Part shown: positions 24,828 to 35,065 of the stretch, piece after piece
Layout: every line of letters begins with the position of its first letter
Numbering within the stretch: position 1 is the first letter of the stretch
Assembly: GCA_965204735.1 (NCBI GenBank)
Contig: OZ242008.1
Coordinates: forward strand, 1,600,001-1,664,000
Origin: Longimicrobiales bacterium
GTDB lineage: Bacteria > Gemmatimonadota > Gemmatimonadetes > Longimicrobiales > Gaopeijiaceae
DNA length: 64,000 nucleotides
Direction: 5' to 3'
Made by a program: the position numbers and the translations under genes
Notes under the pieces: model-generated
Told to the model about the DNA's origin: nothing
The model's input: the letters and a program-made list of their open reading frames with translations, nothing else
Database searches by the model: none

Positions 24828-27800
24828 CTACCGCCGGATGCCCGCCGCCGCGCTGGACGGGTTCTCTTCGGCAGGCCGCTCCCGCACCAGAGGCCGCTGC
24901 TCAGGGTGCACTTCGTCCAGCGTCGTGCCGTCGTAGAGGCGGCCGTCCTTCATGACGTAGCGGATGTCCACGGTGCTGCGCAGGTCGTCGAGCGGGTTCG
25001 AGTTGAGGACGACGATGTCGGCGAACTTCCCCTCCTCGATGCTGCCCAGCTGGTCGCCGAAGCCGATCGCCTCGGCGCCCAGGATCGTGGCCGCGCGCAG
25101 CATGTCGTGGCTGGACGCGCCTCCCGCCGCCATCGCCCACAGCTCCCAGTGGTAGCCCAGGCCCTGAAGCTGCCCGTGGCTGCCCACGCCCATGCGCGCG
25201 CCGGATTCCAGCATCTTCTTGACGAACTCGGCGTGGCGCGGGAAGACGTGCTCCTCTTCCAGGAACCAGCCGGCTTGGCCGGGACTGCCGCCGCCGCCGG
25301 GGCCGCGCCGCCGCGCTCGCGCGTCGATGTTTCCTTCGGGCACGAAGACGTTCAGCTTCGGGTCGTCGTGGACGTCTTCCGTGGCGTAGAACCAGTTCTC
25401 GCCGAACGGTCCTCCGTACGAGACCAGCAGCGTGGGGGAGTTCGTGGTCTCCGACTCCTTGAAGAGCTCCACCACGTCGGAGTAGATCGGGGCGATGGGC
25501 AGGTTGTGCTCGATCCCCGGGTAGCCGTCGATGGCGTGGGTCATGTCGATCTTGAAGTCCAGCCCGCCTTCGGTGGTCGGCATGAGCTCCAGCTCCTTGG
25601 CCGCCTGGATGATCCACTGGCGCTGCTGCCGGCGTCCGGTCATGTACATCTTCAGCGTCTTCGTGTCGTAGTACTGCGAGTAGCGCCGAAGGATCGACTT
25701 GGCGTGGTCGGCGTCGCGGACATTCTCGGAGAGGAAGACGCCGGGGCCGGTCGAGTAGATGCGTGGTCCGGTCATCCCGCCGGTCCGCACCCGGTCCGTG
25801 TAGCTGAGGATGTCGGTGGTGGCGGTCTGGGGGTCCCGGGTCGTGGTGACGCCGTAGGACAGCGTCGCCAAGTACTGCCACACCTCCTCCGGGTGGATTT
25901 CGGGGATCAGCCACATGGCGTGGTAGTGGGTGTCCACGAATCCGGGCACCAACGTCTTGCCGGAGACGTCGAGCACGACGGCGCTGTCGGGCACATCCAC
26001 CGAGTCGGCCGCGCCCACCGCGGCGATGCGGTTGTCGACGACCAGGACCACGCCGTTCTCGATCACGTGGGGCGCGCCCGTCGTGTCGTCGGGCGCCTCG
26101 GCCATCGTCACGATTCGGCCGCCGGTCAGCGCCAGCGTCCCCCGGGGCACGTCCCGCGGCATCTCGACTTCGATCGCGCGCTCAACCGCTTCGTAGCTCT
26201 CGGTAGTGTCGGCCAGGACCTCGTCGTCGCCTTCCCGAACGGCCGCGGCCTTGGCGGCCACCTCTTCCGCCGCCTTGCGGATGGAGTCGGCCCGGGCCGC
26301 CAGCGAGTCCGCCACGACCTGCACCGAGTCGGCCTGGAGCCGACGGATCTCCGCCTCCAGCTCCTCGGGCGCCTCCTCGTCCTCGCCTTCGATGCTGTCG
26401 GCCTCGGCCCGCTTCTCCTTCAGCGTGTCCGAAACCGCCGCCGCCCGCGCCCGCAGCAGCGCCCGAGCGTGGGCGGTCTCCTCTTCCTCGGCCTCCTCGG
26501 CCTCCACGTGCTCCAGGTCGTAGGTGAAGAAGACGTTCCCCATCGCCCAGTGAAGCGCGTTCCCGTCGGGCGCCCACGAGGGGAACTCGCCGCCCACGTC
26601 GGTGAGCTTCCGGATCGGCACCGGCGACGCGGCCAGGTTCATCAGCGTGATGGTGGGGGGCGTCGCGCCCACTTCCGCCATCTCCACGACGTAGATGTCG
26701 CGCCCGAACTGGACGAACGCCCGATCGCCCTCGGGCGACACGACCACCAATCCGGCCGGTGCGGGTCCGCCGCTGGGTTCGGCGGGGTCGTCGACGGTCC
26801 CGGCGTCCGCGTCGGTGCCGCTGGGAGCCCCGCCGCCGTTCCAGAGGTCCGCGCCGTCGCGGCTTGCCGACGCCGCCGTCGGATCGGCTCCCAGCCGCCA
26901 CGGAAAGACGCGACGAGGCAGGAACTCCCACTCCCGGTGCGGACTGCCGACCCCCCGCAGTCCTTGCCGGCCCCGAATTACCAAGTGGCGCTTCACGTCG
27001 GTGCCGTCCCAGCGGAACGACACGAGCCCCTCGACGGGGCTGTACGCGTATATCCGGTCGGGCTCGTCCGCCGCGAAGTGGGCCACGTCCCGGGTCCCCG
27101 TCGGCGAGATCACCTCGGCCTCGGCCGGGGCCGCGCCGGCAGAGGGCACCCACACGAACTCGGCGCCGATCGGACCGAAGAAGATGCCGGTGGCTTCCTT
27201 CAGCTCCCGAGCGGCGCCCCGGCTCGCCACGACCCGCGACCCGTCGGGAGACCAGGCGACGTTGTAGTACAGCGCTGCCGTGGCGGTCAGCCGCTCCGGC
27301 TCGCCCCCGTCCGCCGGGACCTTCATGACGTGGCCGCCGTCCGCGTCGTCCCACGTCGCGTAGGCGATCCACTGCCCGTCCGGGGACCATTGGGGGTGGA
27401 ACTCGCCCACGTCGGCGTTGGTGAGGCGTCGGGCCTCGCCGTCGGGGAGGTCCTTCACCCACAGGCGGTCGAAGGCGGTGAAGGCGACGCGCTCGCCGCT
27501 CGGGGCCGCCACCGGCGAGCGGATCTGGCTGGCGACGACCATGGCGGTGGTGTCGATCTGGTAGGCGAACTTGACCTCGGGGCCGATCCCCAGCTCGACC
27601 TCGGCCTCGAAGGGGATCTCGGCGGGGTCGCTGCCGTCCATGGGGACGCTCCAGATCTTGCCGCCGTACGAGACGACGACGGCCGACCCGTCGGGGAGGA
27701 AGGAGTAGCCGGGCAGCAGGTCCAGCGGCGCCCGCGACTCCTGCTCGTCCCGCTGCACGGGGTAGGCCAGCCACTCCTCGTCGCCGGTCTCCAGGTCGCG

Positions 27801-28607
27801 CTTCCGCAGCCCCGTGTCGGCGTTGTAGCGGGTGCCGTAGACGAGCCAGCGGCCGTCGGGCGAGATCGCGGGGCGCATGGCGGAGCCGTAGCGGGAGGTC
27901 ACGAGGTCGTGGACGCCGGTTTCGCGGTCGTACCGGTAGAGCTGGTAGCGCGGCAAGGTGGCGTTGTACTGCCAGTCGCCGAAGCCGCCGGCGTACCACA
28001 CGTGGCGGCCGTCCGGGCTGAGTGCCGCTCCCACCATCTTGAGGTTGCCGGGGGTCTGCCCCAGCGAGAGGGCCGAGCCCCGCTCCACGTGGTAGAGCCC
28101 CAACTTGGCGGCGCCGCCCAGCGAGCCTGCGCGGCTGGCGACGATGTAGTCGCCGTCGGGCGTCCACTCGGGGGAGAGCATGAGGCCCCCGCCGCCCACC
28201 CGGGTCGTGTCCGTCTTGTCGAGGCGCATCGTCCATATGGCGTCGTCGCCGCTCCGGTCGGAGATGAACGCGACGGACTCGCCGTCGGGGCTGAAGCGGG
28301 GCTGGACGTCGTAGGCCATCCCCGTCAGGAGGGGCGACGCCTTCCCGCCGGTCGCGGGCATGGTGTACAAGTCGCCCAGCAGGTCGAAGACGATCGTCTG
28401 GCCGTCGGGGCTCACGTCCAGGGAGATCCAGGTCCCCTCGGTGGCCGTGAACTCCGCCGTGCGCGCGCTGGGAAGGGGCAGGGGGTTCTCTCGGCCTCGG
28501 CCTCCGGGCGGCCCCTGGGCCTTCGCCGCCGCGGGGACGACGGCCGGGAGCGCCAGCAGGGCCAGCAGGAACGCGGTCCGGGAGCGGCTCTGCGCCGGGG
28601 CTCTCAT
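24828..28607 (-). CDS. Secreted PD40/TolB-like propeller plus amidohydrolase protein
   Basis: Signal peptide after ATG 28607 (ATGA overlap), repeated SPDG motifs, PGFVDTHYH, GVTTTRDP, GSHGQLQG, GSIEEGKFAD. Confidence 0.92.
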   Translation of the reverse strand: MRAPAQSRSRTAFLLALLALPAVVPAAAKAQGPPGGRGRENPLPLPSARTAEFTATEGTWISLDVSPDGQTIVFDLLGDLYTMPATGGKASPLLTGMAYDVQPRFSPDGESVAFISDRSGDDAIWTMRLDKTDTTRVGGGGLMLSPEWTPDGDYIVASRAGSLGGAAKLGLYHVERGSALSLGQTPGNLKMVGAALSPDGRHVWYAGGFGDWQYNATLPRYQLYRYDRETGVHDLVTSRYGSAMRPAISPDGRWLVYGTRYNADTGLRKRDLETGDEEWLAYPVQRDEQESRAPLDLLPGYSFLPDGSAVVVSYGGKIWSVPMDGSDPAEIPFEAEVELGIGPEVKFAYQIDTTAMVVASQIRSPVAAPSGERVAFTAFDRLWVKDLPDGEARRLTNADVGEFHPQWSPDGQWIAYATWDDADGGHVMKVPADGGEPERLTATAALYYNVAWSPDGSRVVASRGAARELKEATGIFFGPIGAEFVWVPSAGAAPAEAEVISPTGTRDVAHFAADEPDRIYAYSPVEGLVSFRWDGTDVKRHLVIRGRQGLRGVGSPHREWEFLPRRVFPWRLGADPTAASASRDGADLWNGGGAPSGTDADAGTVDDPAEPSGGPAPAGLVVVSPEGDRAFVQFGRDIYVVEMAEVGATPPTITLMNLAASPVPIRKLTDVGGEFPSWAPDGNALHWAMGNVFFTYDLEHVEAEEAEEEETAHARALLRARAAAVSDTLKEKRAEADSIEGEDEEAPEELEAEIRRLQADSVQVVADSLAARADSIRKAAEEVAAKAAAVREGDDEVLADTTESYEAVERAIEVEMPRDVPRGTLALTGGRIVTMAEAPDDTTGAPHVIENGVVLVVDNRIAAVGAADSVDVPDSAVVLDVSGKTLVPGFVDTHYHAMWLIPEIHPEEVWQYLATLSYGVTTTRDPQTATTDILSYTDRVRTGGMTGPRIYSTGPGVFLSENVRDADHAKSILRRYSQYYDTKTLKMYMTGRRQQRQWIIQAAKELELMPTTEGGLDFKIDMTHAIDGYPGIEHNLPIAPIYSDVVELFKESETTNSPTLLVSYGGPFGENWFYATEDVHDDPKLNVFVPEGNIDARARRRGPGGGGSPGQAGWFLEEEHVFPRHAEFVKKMLESGARMGVGSHGQLQGLGYHWELWAMAAGGASSHDMLRAATILGAEAIGFGDQLGSIEEGKFADIVVLNSNPLDDLRSTVDIRYVMKDGRLYDGTTLDEVHPEQRPLVRERPAEENPSSAAAGIRR

Positions 28608-31600
28608 CGGCCCTCTCCCGAGGCGCCGGCCCGGCCGTCGCGGCTGGGGTTCCCCGCCTCCGGGCTCTCTGCTTCCCCGGCGTCCGCCTGACGGATGCCC
28701 GCCCGCACGTTCGGGGCCGTGTTCCGCCACGGCTCCGGCGGGGCGGGGCGCTGCCTCGGCCACAGCTCGTCCAGCGTGTCGCCGTCGTAGAGCCTTCCGT
28801 TCATCATCACCTTGTCCACGGTGTTGGTGTTGCGGATGTCGTCCAGGGGGTTCGCGTCGAGGACCACCAGGTCGGCCAGCTTGCCCGGCTCCACCGAACC
28901 CAGGTCCCGGCCCAGCCCGATCGCCTCTGCGCCCATGATCGTGGCGGCCCGGAGCGCCACGTGCTCGTCCATGCCGCCGCTCTGGAGCGCCCACAGCTCC
29001 CAGTGGTACCCCAGGCCCTGAAGCTGCCCGTGACTGCCGACGCCGGTCTTGCCGCCGCCCTCGACCAGCTCCGCCAGCCAGCCCGAGTGCTTCCTGAAGG
29101 CGTACTCCTCGTCCATGAACCAGCCGCCTCGGCCCGGCCCGGAGGTCTGAAGGCGGCGCGCCTTCGTGTCCAGCTCGCGCTTCGGGGTGAAGTGGGTCAG
29201 CTTCTCGTCGCCGAAGACGTCTTCGTTCGTGTAGAAGTAGTTCTCGGCCCACGGACCGCCGTACGAGACCAGCAGCGTGGGCGAATTGACCGTGCCCGAC
29301 GCCGCGAAAAGCCGCACCACGTCGTCGTAGGCCGGCACGATGGGCATCGAGTGCTCGATCCCCGGGTAGCCGTCCATGGCGTGGGTCATGTTCAGCCGGT
29401 AGTCCAAGCCGCCCTCGGTGGTGGGCATCAGCTCCAGCTCCCGCGCCGCCATGATCAGCCACTGCCGCTGCCGACGGTTCCCCGACATGTACATCTTGAA
29501 CGTCTTCGTGTCGTAGTAGTCGCTGTACTTGCGCAGCACCTCGACGGCGTGCTCGTAGCTCCGCACCGCGTCGCCGGAGAATACGCCCGGGCCGGTGTGG
29601 TAGACTCGAGGACCGACCATCTTGCCGGCCCGCACCATGTCCTCGTACGAGAGCACGTCGGTGGTGGCGGTCTGGGGGTCGCGGGTGGTGGTGACCCCGT
29701 AGGCCAAGTTGGCTTGATAGAGCCACGGCCGCGCCCAGTGGAGGCCCCACAGGTTCCACATGTGGGCGTGGGTGTCCACGAACCCGGGCACGATCGTCTT
29801 GCCCGACACGTCGATCACCGTCGCGTCTTCGGGCACGGCGCCGGCGCCGGCGGACACCGATGCGATCCGGTTGTTCTCCACCACCACGTCGGCGTTCTCC
29901 ACGATCTCGTCGCCGTCCATGGTGATCACCCGGGCGCCCCGCAGCACGACCGTCCCTTGGGGGATGTCGCGCTCGGCGACGACGTCGATCCACTGCTCCG
30001 CAGGCTCGTACTCCAGGTCGCCCGCCCCCTCTTCCAAGTCGTAGGTGAAGAGCGCGTTGCCCAGGGACCAGGTGACGGTCCGCCCGCCGGCGCCCCACGC
30101 CGGGAACTCGCCGCCCAGCTCGTTGAGCTTGCGAACCGGCACGGCGGCGGAGTCGGGCTTGAAGACGTCGATCACCGGGAGCGTCGCCCCCAGGTCGGGC
30201 ACGGTCACCGCGTACACGTCCCGGCCGATGTAGGCCAGGGCCTGGTCTCCCTCCGGCGCCATCTGAACGATCCCGGCGCTGCGGCGGATCACGAACTCCC
30301 TGGGCTCGTCGTCGTTCTCGGCGAAGCGCTGGGGCATGACCAGGTCCGAGCTCTCGGAGTAGGCGTACCCCGGCGCCACGCTTCCGGCGTCCCGATCGAG
30401 GCGGGACCAGACCTGGAGGTGCAGCTTCCGGTCCGTGTCGTCCCAGCGGGCCGAGCCGAGGGCCAGCGTCCGGCGGGCCGGAGCCGGCGAGCCGGGAATC
30501 GGGTCCGCTTCCGCGAAGCCGTAGTAGTAGATGCGCTCCGGGTCGGCGGCGAAGTGGGGCAGCCGGCGTCCCGCGGTGGGGCCGATCACGGTGGCGTCGC
30601 CTCCGTCGGAGGGGATCCAGACGAACTCCGAGTCCACTCCTCCGATGAAGGGGTCGATCGCCTCCTGCAAGTGTCGTCGCGAGGCCCGGGTCGCCACGAT
30701 CCGCTCTCCGTCCGGCGACCAGGCGAGCTGCTGGTAGTAGGCCGGCGCCGTGGTCAGCGTGGTCGCGCTTCCTCCCTCGACCGGGACCCGGCGGACGTGT
30801 CCCTCGCCCGAGTCGTCGTCCCAGGTGACGTAGGCCACCCAGCGCCCGTCGGGCGACCACACGGGCTGGAACTCGCCCACCTCGTCGTCGGTCAGGCGTC
30901 GGGGCTCGGCGCTGGGCTCGTCGGGCGTCTCGGAGGCGGCGGCCAAGTCGGCCACGTACAGCCGGTCCAGCGCGGTGAAGGCGACCATCGAGCCGTCCGG
31001 CGAGGTCCGGGGGTCGCGGATCTGCTTGACGGTGAAGACGGGCGTGTCCTCGATGGGGTACTCGAACTCGACTTCGGGGCCGATGGCGACCTCCACGTCG
31101 GCCGTGAACGGAATCTCGGTCGCTTCCGAGCCGTCCACGGGGACCCGCCAGATCCGCCCGCCGTAGGAGACGACCAGCGCGTCGGAGTCGGGCGTGAAGG
31201 AGTAGCCCGGGAGCACGTCCATGTTGGCGGTGGACTCCTGGTCGTCCCGCTGCACCGGGTAGGCGAGCCAGCGCTCTTCGCCCGAAGCCAGTTCCCGCAG
31301 GCGGATGCCGGTGTCGGCGTCGTTCCGGGTTCCGTAGGCCAGCAGCCTGCCGTCGGGCGAGACCGCCGGGCGGAACGCCGACCCGTATCGGTTGCTCATG
31401 GGCGTGCGCGTGCCCGACTGCCGGTCGTACACCCAGATCTGGTACTGGGGAAAGATCGCGTTGTACTCCCACGTCCCCGACCGCTGGGCGTGCCAGACGT
31501 AGCGTCCGTCCGGGCTGACGGCGGGTCCCATGAGCCGCTGGCTGAACGAGGCGAAGGAGACGGGCTGACCCGGGGCGAGGGTCGGGCCGCCCACCATCTG

Positions 31601-32128
31601 CAGGCCGGTGCCGCCGTCCACGTGGTAGAGCCAGAGCTTCTCCAGGCCGAAACCGGACGCGGCGCGCGAGACCACCACGTACTTGCCGTCGGGCATCCAC
31701 TCGGGCGAGATGAAGCGGCTTCCGATCCCCTTGCTGAGCTGGGTCGGCTCGCCGCCGGCCGCCGGCATGAGCCAGACGTTGTTGTCGCCGCTTCGGTCCG
31801 ACACGAATACGAGCCGCTCGCCGTCGGGGCTGAAGCGGGGCTGCATGTCGTGGGGCAGGCCGCTGGTGAGGCGGGTCGCTTGGCCCCCCTCGGCCGGGAT
31901 CGTGTAGAGGTCCCCCAGCAGGTCGAAGGCGATCGTGCTCCCGTCGGGGCTCACGTCCAGGGAGATCCAGGTGCCCTCGGTGGCCGTGAAGCGCGCCCAG
32001 CGGGCGGGCTCCAGCGGGAGGCCCCGGTCCGGGTCCGGCTTCTCCTCCCGGGCGTCCTGGGCGTGAACGGCCAGAGGCGCGAGGAAGAGCAGCGCGGCCG
32101 CCATGGGACTGCGGTTCGAGAAGCGCAT
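28604..32128 (-). CDS. Secreted PD40/TolB-like propeller plus amidohydrolase protein, tandem paralogue
   Basis: EGTWISLDVSPDG, PGFVDTHAH, GSVEPGKLAD. ATG at 32128 with GGAG RBS. Confidence 0.92.
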   Translation of the reverse strand: MRFSNRSPMAAALLFLAPLAVHAQDAREEKPDPDRGLPLEPARWARFTATEGTWISLDVSPDGSTIAFDLLGDLYTIPAEGGQATRLTSGLPHDMQPRFSPDGERLVFVSDRSGDNNVWLMPAAGGEPTQLSKGIGSRFISPEWMPDGKYVVVSRAASGFGLEKLWLYHVDGGTGLQMVGGPTLAPGQPVSFASFSQRLMGPAVSPDGRYVWHAQRSGTWEYNAIFPQYQIWVYDRQSGTRTPMSNRYGSAFRPAVSPDGRLLAYGTRNDADTGIRLRELASGEERWLAYPVQRDDQESTANMDVLPGYSFTPDSDALVVSYGGRIWRVPVDGSEATEIPFTADVEVAIGPEVEFEYPIEDTPVFTVKQIRDPRTSPDGSMVAFTALDRLYVADLAAASETPDEPSAEPRRLTDDEVGEFQPVWSPDGRWVAYVTWDDDSGEGHVRRVPVEGGSATTLTTAPAYYQQLAWSPDGERIVATRASRRHLQEAIDPFIGGVDSEFVWIPSDGGDATVIGPTAGRRLPHFAADPERIYYYGFAEADPIPGSPAPARRTLALGSARWDDTDRKLHLQVWSRLDRDAGSVAPGYAYSESSDLVMPQRFAENDDEPREFVIRRSAGIVQMAPEGDQALAYIGRDVYAVTVPDLGATLPVIDVFKPDSAAVPVRKLNELGGEFPAWGAGGRTVTWSLGNALFTYDLEEGAGDLEYEPAEQWIDVVAERDIPQGTVVLRGARVITMDGDEIVENADVVVENNRIASVSAGAGAVPEDATVIDVSGKTIVPGFVDTHAHMWNLWGLHWARPWLYQANLAYGVTTTRDPQTATTDVLSYEDMVRAGKMVGPRVYHTGPGVFSGDAVRSYEHAVEVLRKYSDYYDTKTFKMYMSGNRRQRQWLIMAARELELMPTTEGGLDYRLNMTHAMDGYPGIEHSMPIVPAYDDVVRLFAASGTVNSPTLLVSYGGPWAENYFYTNEDVFGDEKLTHFTPKRELDTKARRLQTSGPGRGGWFMDEEYAFRKHSGWLAELVEGGGKTGVGSHGQLQGLGYHWELWALQSGGMDEHVALRAATIMGAEAIGLGRDLGSVEPGKLADLVVLDANPLDDIRNTNTVDKVMMNGRLYDGDTLDELWPRQRPAPPEPWRNTAPNVRAGIRQADAGEAESPEAGNPSRDGRAGASGEGR

Positions 32129-32397
32129 TCGCCGACTCCGTGCGTCGTGGTTGAGGATGGCGGGGCGGGAGGGTCGAAAGACGCCGCAAGAGCCGTTGGT
32201 GGGCAGTCGTCCGAATCGGGGCTCCCTCCAACCCCCAACGCGGAGTATAGTGTCAGGCGGCGTCTGACGCCATTTCGACGTTCTTCGCGTGGTCCCCCTA
32301 GACATGCAGGCCGATGCGGCTTACCTTGCCCAGTGATGCTCCAGCTGATGTCAACACGGAAGCTCGCCTTCGGACAACGGAGAGGGGGAAGCGTCAG

Positions 32398-35004
32398 ATG
32401 CGAAACCTGTTCTGCGACCACGATGTGCTGCGGAACGAAGCCGATGTCGAACAGAACTTCGCCCGCCGACTGATTGAGGCACTTGGATACTCGGACGTCG
32501 CCATTCGGCCCAAGACTGCCCTGGAGTCGCTGACGATCGGCAATGTCGGCACCGACCGCCTGTACCGCCCCGATTTTGCTATGAAAGCTGCCGGGCACAT
32601 ACGTTGGATCCTCGAAGCCAAATCACCCGGCGTCCGGCTTGGCGCCCATACTCCACAAGCACGAGGTTACTGCGAAGCGATCAACGCAGCTTACAGTACG
32701 GCGAGTCCTGTCAAGTACTTTGTGCTGACCAACGGCCTCGAGACTCATGTCTACGAGGCAGCCGAAACCCGACCCGCGTTGACGTTGAGTTTCGGCCAGT
32801 TCGTGACTGACGATTCCGATTACAGCGCGCTAGTTCGCCTACTGCGGCCGGCCGCCTTTGTCGCAGGCTCCATAAAGCCAGAAGTATCTGACATCATATC
32901 GTTTTCCAAGCCGACCATCAATGAAATCAACCTCGTCTTTTCCAAATGCCATCAATTCATTCATCAATCAGACAAGATAAGTCAAGCGAAGGGATTTGAA
33001 GAATTCGTGAAGTTGATTACCTTGAAGTTGCTTTCCGATAAAGCAATCCGAGATCAGTATCCCGGCCTAACTGTTGAGCACCATTTCGATCACCCGGCAG
33101 CAGACGTCGAATTCTCAATGCATTGGCTTCGGCGGCATGAGACCACCACACCTAATCCGGTTGACTCCATTCTGTTCAGGCGTTTTATGGATGATGTCGA
33201 GACACAGATTGCTCGTCGTGTGAGAAAACGTTTTTTTGACCAAGGCGAACAAATCCAACTCAAGCCAGAAACCATTCGGGGTGTTGTGAAACGGCTAGAA
33301 GCCTACTACCTGTATGGTATCGACGCAGACTTGAACGGACGGCTGTTTGAGAATTTTCTGAGTGCAACTATGCGAGGCAAGGACCTAGGCCAGTACTTTA
33401 CTCCCCGGACGCTCGTCAAGCTGGGTGTCGGACTAGGAAATCTCAACCCGAAAGACATGGTGCTTGACGGTTCCTGTGGTACCGGCGGCTTCTTGATTGA
33501 TGCGCTTGCCGATATGTGGACCAAAGTAAATCGTAATGTTTCCTTGTCTGAACAAGCCAAAGCTAATGAGCGCAAAGCGATAGCCGATTCGCGGATTTTC
33601 GGCATTGATTTTGCTAAGAGTCCTAACCTTGCCAAAATCGCCCGATTGAACATGTACTTGCATGGTGATGGAGGAAGTCGCATTTTCAATATTGATGGTC
33701 TTGATCTCAAGGTGAGGGCCGAGGCGACGGATTCACCGGAGGAAATAACGGAAAAAGACGAATTTCGTCAATTGGACCTTGCTGGTCGTTTTGACATAGT
33801 GTTGACCAATCCTCCATTTTCCAAGAAATACGAGAGAAAGACAGAAGGAGACGCACGGATACTTGACCAATACGTAGTGGCAAGTGGTAGAAGCAACCTA
33901 CTTGCCAAGTTGATGTTTTTCGAGATGTACCATCACTACCTAGCTCCAGGCGGACGATTGATCTCGGTTATCGACGACGGCTTTCTGTCCGGTGATTCTC
34001 ATCGGGAATTTAGAAAACAGCTTCGACGCATGTATCTCATCAAGGCGGTTGTTTCGTTGCCAGGGGATGCGTTTCAGCGATCGGACGCCAGAGTAAAGAC
34101 ATCATTTGTAGTTCTGGAGAAACGTCGCACCGTGGCCGACCATGATGGACAACCATCCGTCTTCATGTATGCTTGCCGGTACGTAGGTCTTGATGATCCC
34201 AAACGCACACGGTGGATGCCTGGAGATGACGAGCTGCGGGGTAAAGCGAAGGACGAGATGACAAGTGTTGTTCGAGAATATCAGGCCTTTCTCGATGGTA
34301 ACGGCGACGCACGGTACATAGTGCCAGCGAACCGCGTGGCAGAGCGACTGGACGTCAAGAATTGCTTGATCACGCGTACTTGGCGCAGCATGGGCAAGGA
34401 GACGGGACGAACGCTTTCAGACGTAGCGGAACTCAAAGTGTTCGGTTCTTCGGATACGATTGACTGCATGAGTCACGGGGAGTATGAAAGACTGTTTACA
34501 GTACAGTATGACGGTACACCTCGTCCCGGTCGGAGCATCATTCCAAGAACTGAGACTCAGTACGCGGAACTGTATCGGGTGCGGACGGGCGACATTGTTA
34601 TATCGAACATAGCGGCGTCTTATGGGAGTGTTGCTGTAGTGCCAACTAATATGGCCGGAATGTTGGTATCGAAGGAGTACACCGTGCTGCGAGCGAAGAA
34701 GGGATACGACCCGAGGGTCGTTTGCGCTGTGTTGCGTTCACCGGAGTTGCGGGCAGAGATGCTGGTACGGTCAACCGGAGCCAACCGAACACGCGTGCGG
34801 TGGTCGGAGATTGAGGACGTTGACTTCCCGTACCCAAAGGCGAAAGACGTCGAGCGTTTTGTGCAATGCGTGGAGGAGGCCGAAGCGGCGAGACGGAAAG
34901 TTCAAATGGCGGTTCGGGAGTCGAGAACAGCACTAAATCAGGCACTCGGCCTCGATCAGGAGTCGGCCCACGCTATCTTGGATGCATTTAGGCCGCCGAA
35001 GTAG
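32398..35004 (+). CDS. Single-polypeptide restriction-modification enzyme (HsdR_N-like nuclease, N6-adenine MTase, TRD; Type IIG/IIC-like)
   Basis: RPDF...ILEAK PD-(D/E)xK motif, GQYFTPR, motif I DGSCGTGGFL, motif IV NPPF, C-terminal HsdS-like TRD (GDIVISNI...STGANRTRV) with coiled coil. Markedly lower GC. Confidence 0.88.
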   Translation: MRNLFCDHDVLRNEADVEQNFARRLIEALGYSDVAIRPKTALESLTIGNVGTDRLYRPDFAMKAAGHIRWILEAKSPGVRLGAHTPQARGYCEAINAAYSTASPVKYFVLTNGLETHVYEAAETRPALTLSFGQFVTDDSDYSALVRLLRPAAFVAGSIKPEVSDIISFSKPTINEINLVFSKCHQFIHQSDKISQAKGFEEFVKLITLKLLSDKAIRDQYPGLTVEHHFDHPAADVEFSMHWLRRHETTTPNPVDSILFRRFMDDVETQIARRVRKRFFDQGEQIQLKPETIRGVVKRLEAYYLYGIDADLNGRLFENFLSATMRGKDLGQYFTPRTLVKLGVGLGNLNPKDMVLDGSCGTGGFLIDALADMWTKVNRNVSLSEQAKANERKAIADSRIFGIDFAKSPNLAKIARLNMYLHGDGGSRIFNIDGLDLKVRAEATDSPEEITEKDEFRQLDLAGRFDIVLTNPPFSKKYERKTEGDARILDQYVVASGRSNLLAKLMFFEMYHHYLAPGGRLISVIDDGFLSGDSHREFRKQLRRMYLIKAVVSLPGDAFQRSDARVKTSFVVLEKRRTVADHDGQPSVFMYACRYVGLDDPKRTRWMPGDDELRGKAKDEMTSVVREYQAFLDGNGDARYIVPANRVAERLDVKNCLITRTWRSMGKETGRTLSDVAELKVFGSSDTIDCMSHGEYERLFTVQYDGTPRPGRSIIPRTETQYAELYRVRTGDIVISNIAASYGSVAVVPTNMAGMLVSKEYTVLRAKKGYDPRVVCAVLRSPELRAEMLVRSTGANRTRVRWSEIEDVDFPYPKAKDVERFVQCVEEAEAARRKVQMAVRESRTALNQALGLDQESAHAILDAFRPPK

Positions 35005-35065
35005 GTGGTGCGATGAGTGGTAAAGGGGGCTACATCGGTTGGATCGCAAGGGTTGGCTACCCGCC

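Noticed and set aside
24828..32231. Apparent 2467-aa giant protein (likewise the 1845-aa ORF 47408-52945, the 1073-aa ORF 21584-24805 and the 694-aa ORF 6438-8522)
   Set aside because: The N-terminal parts are Arg/Pro/Gly-rich off-frame readings of the upstream gene. Real starts with an RBS or ATGA coupling lie internally (28607, 48727, 22910, 8001).
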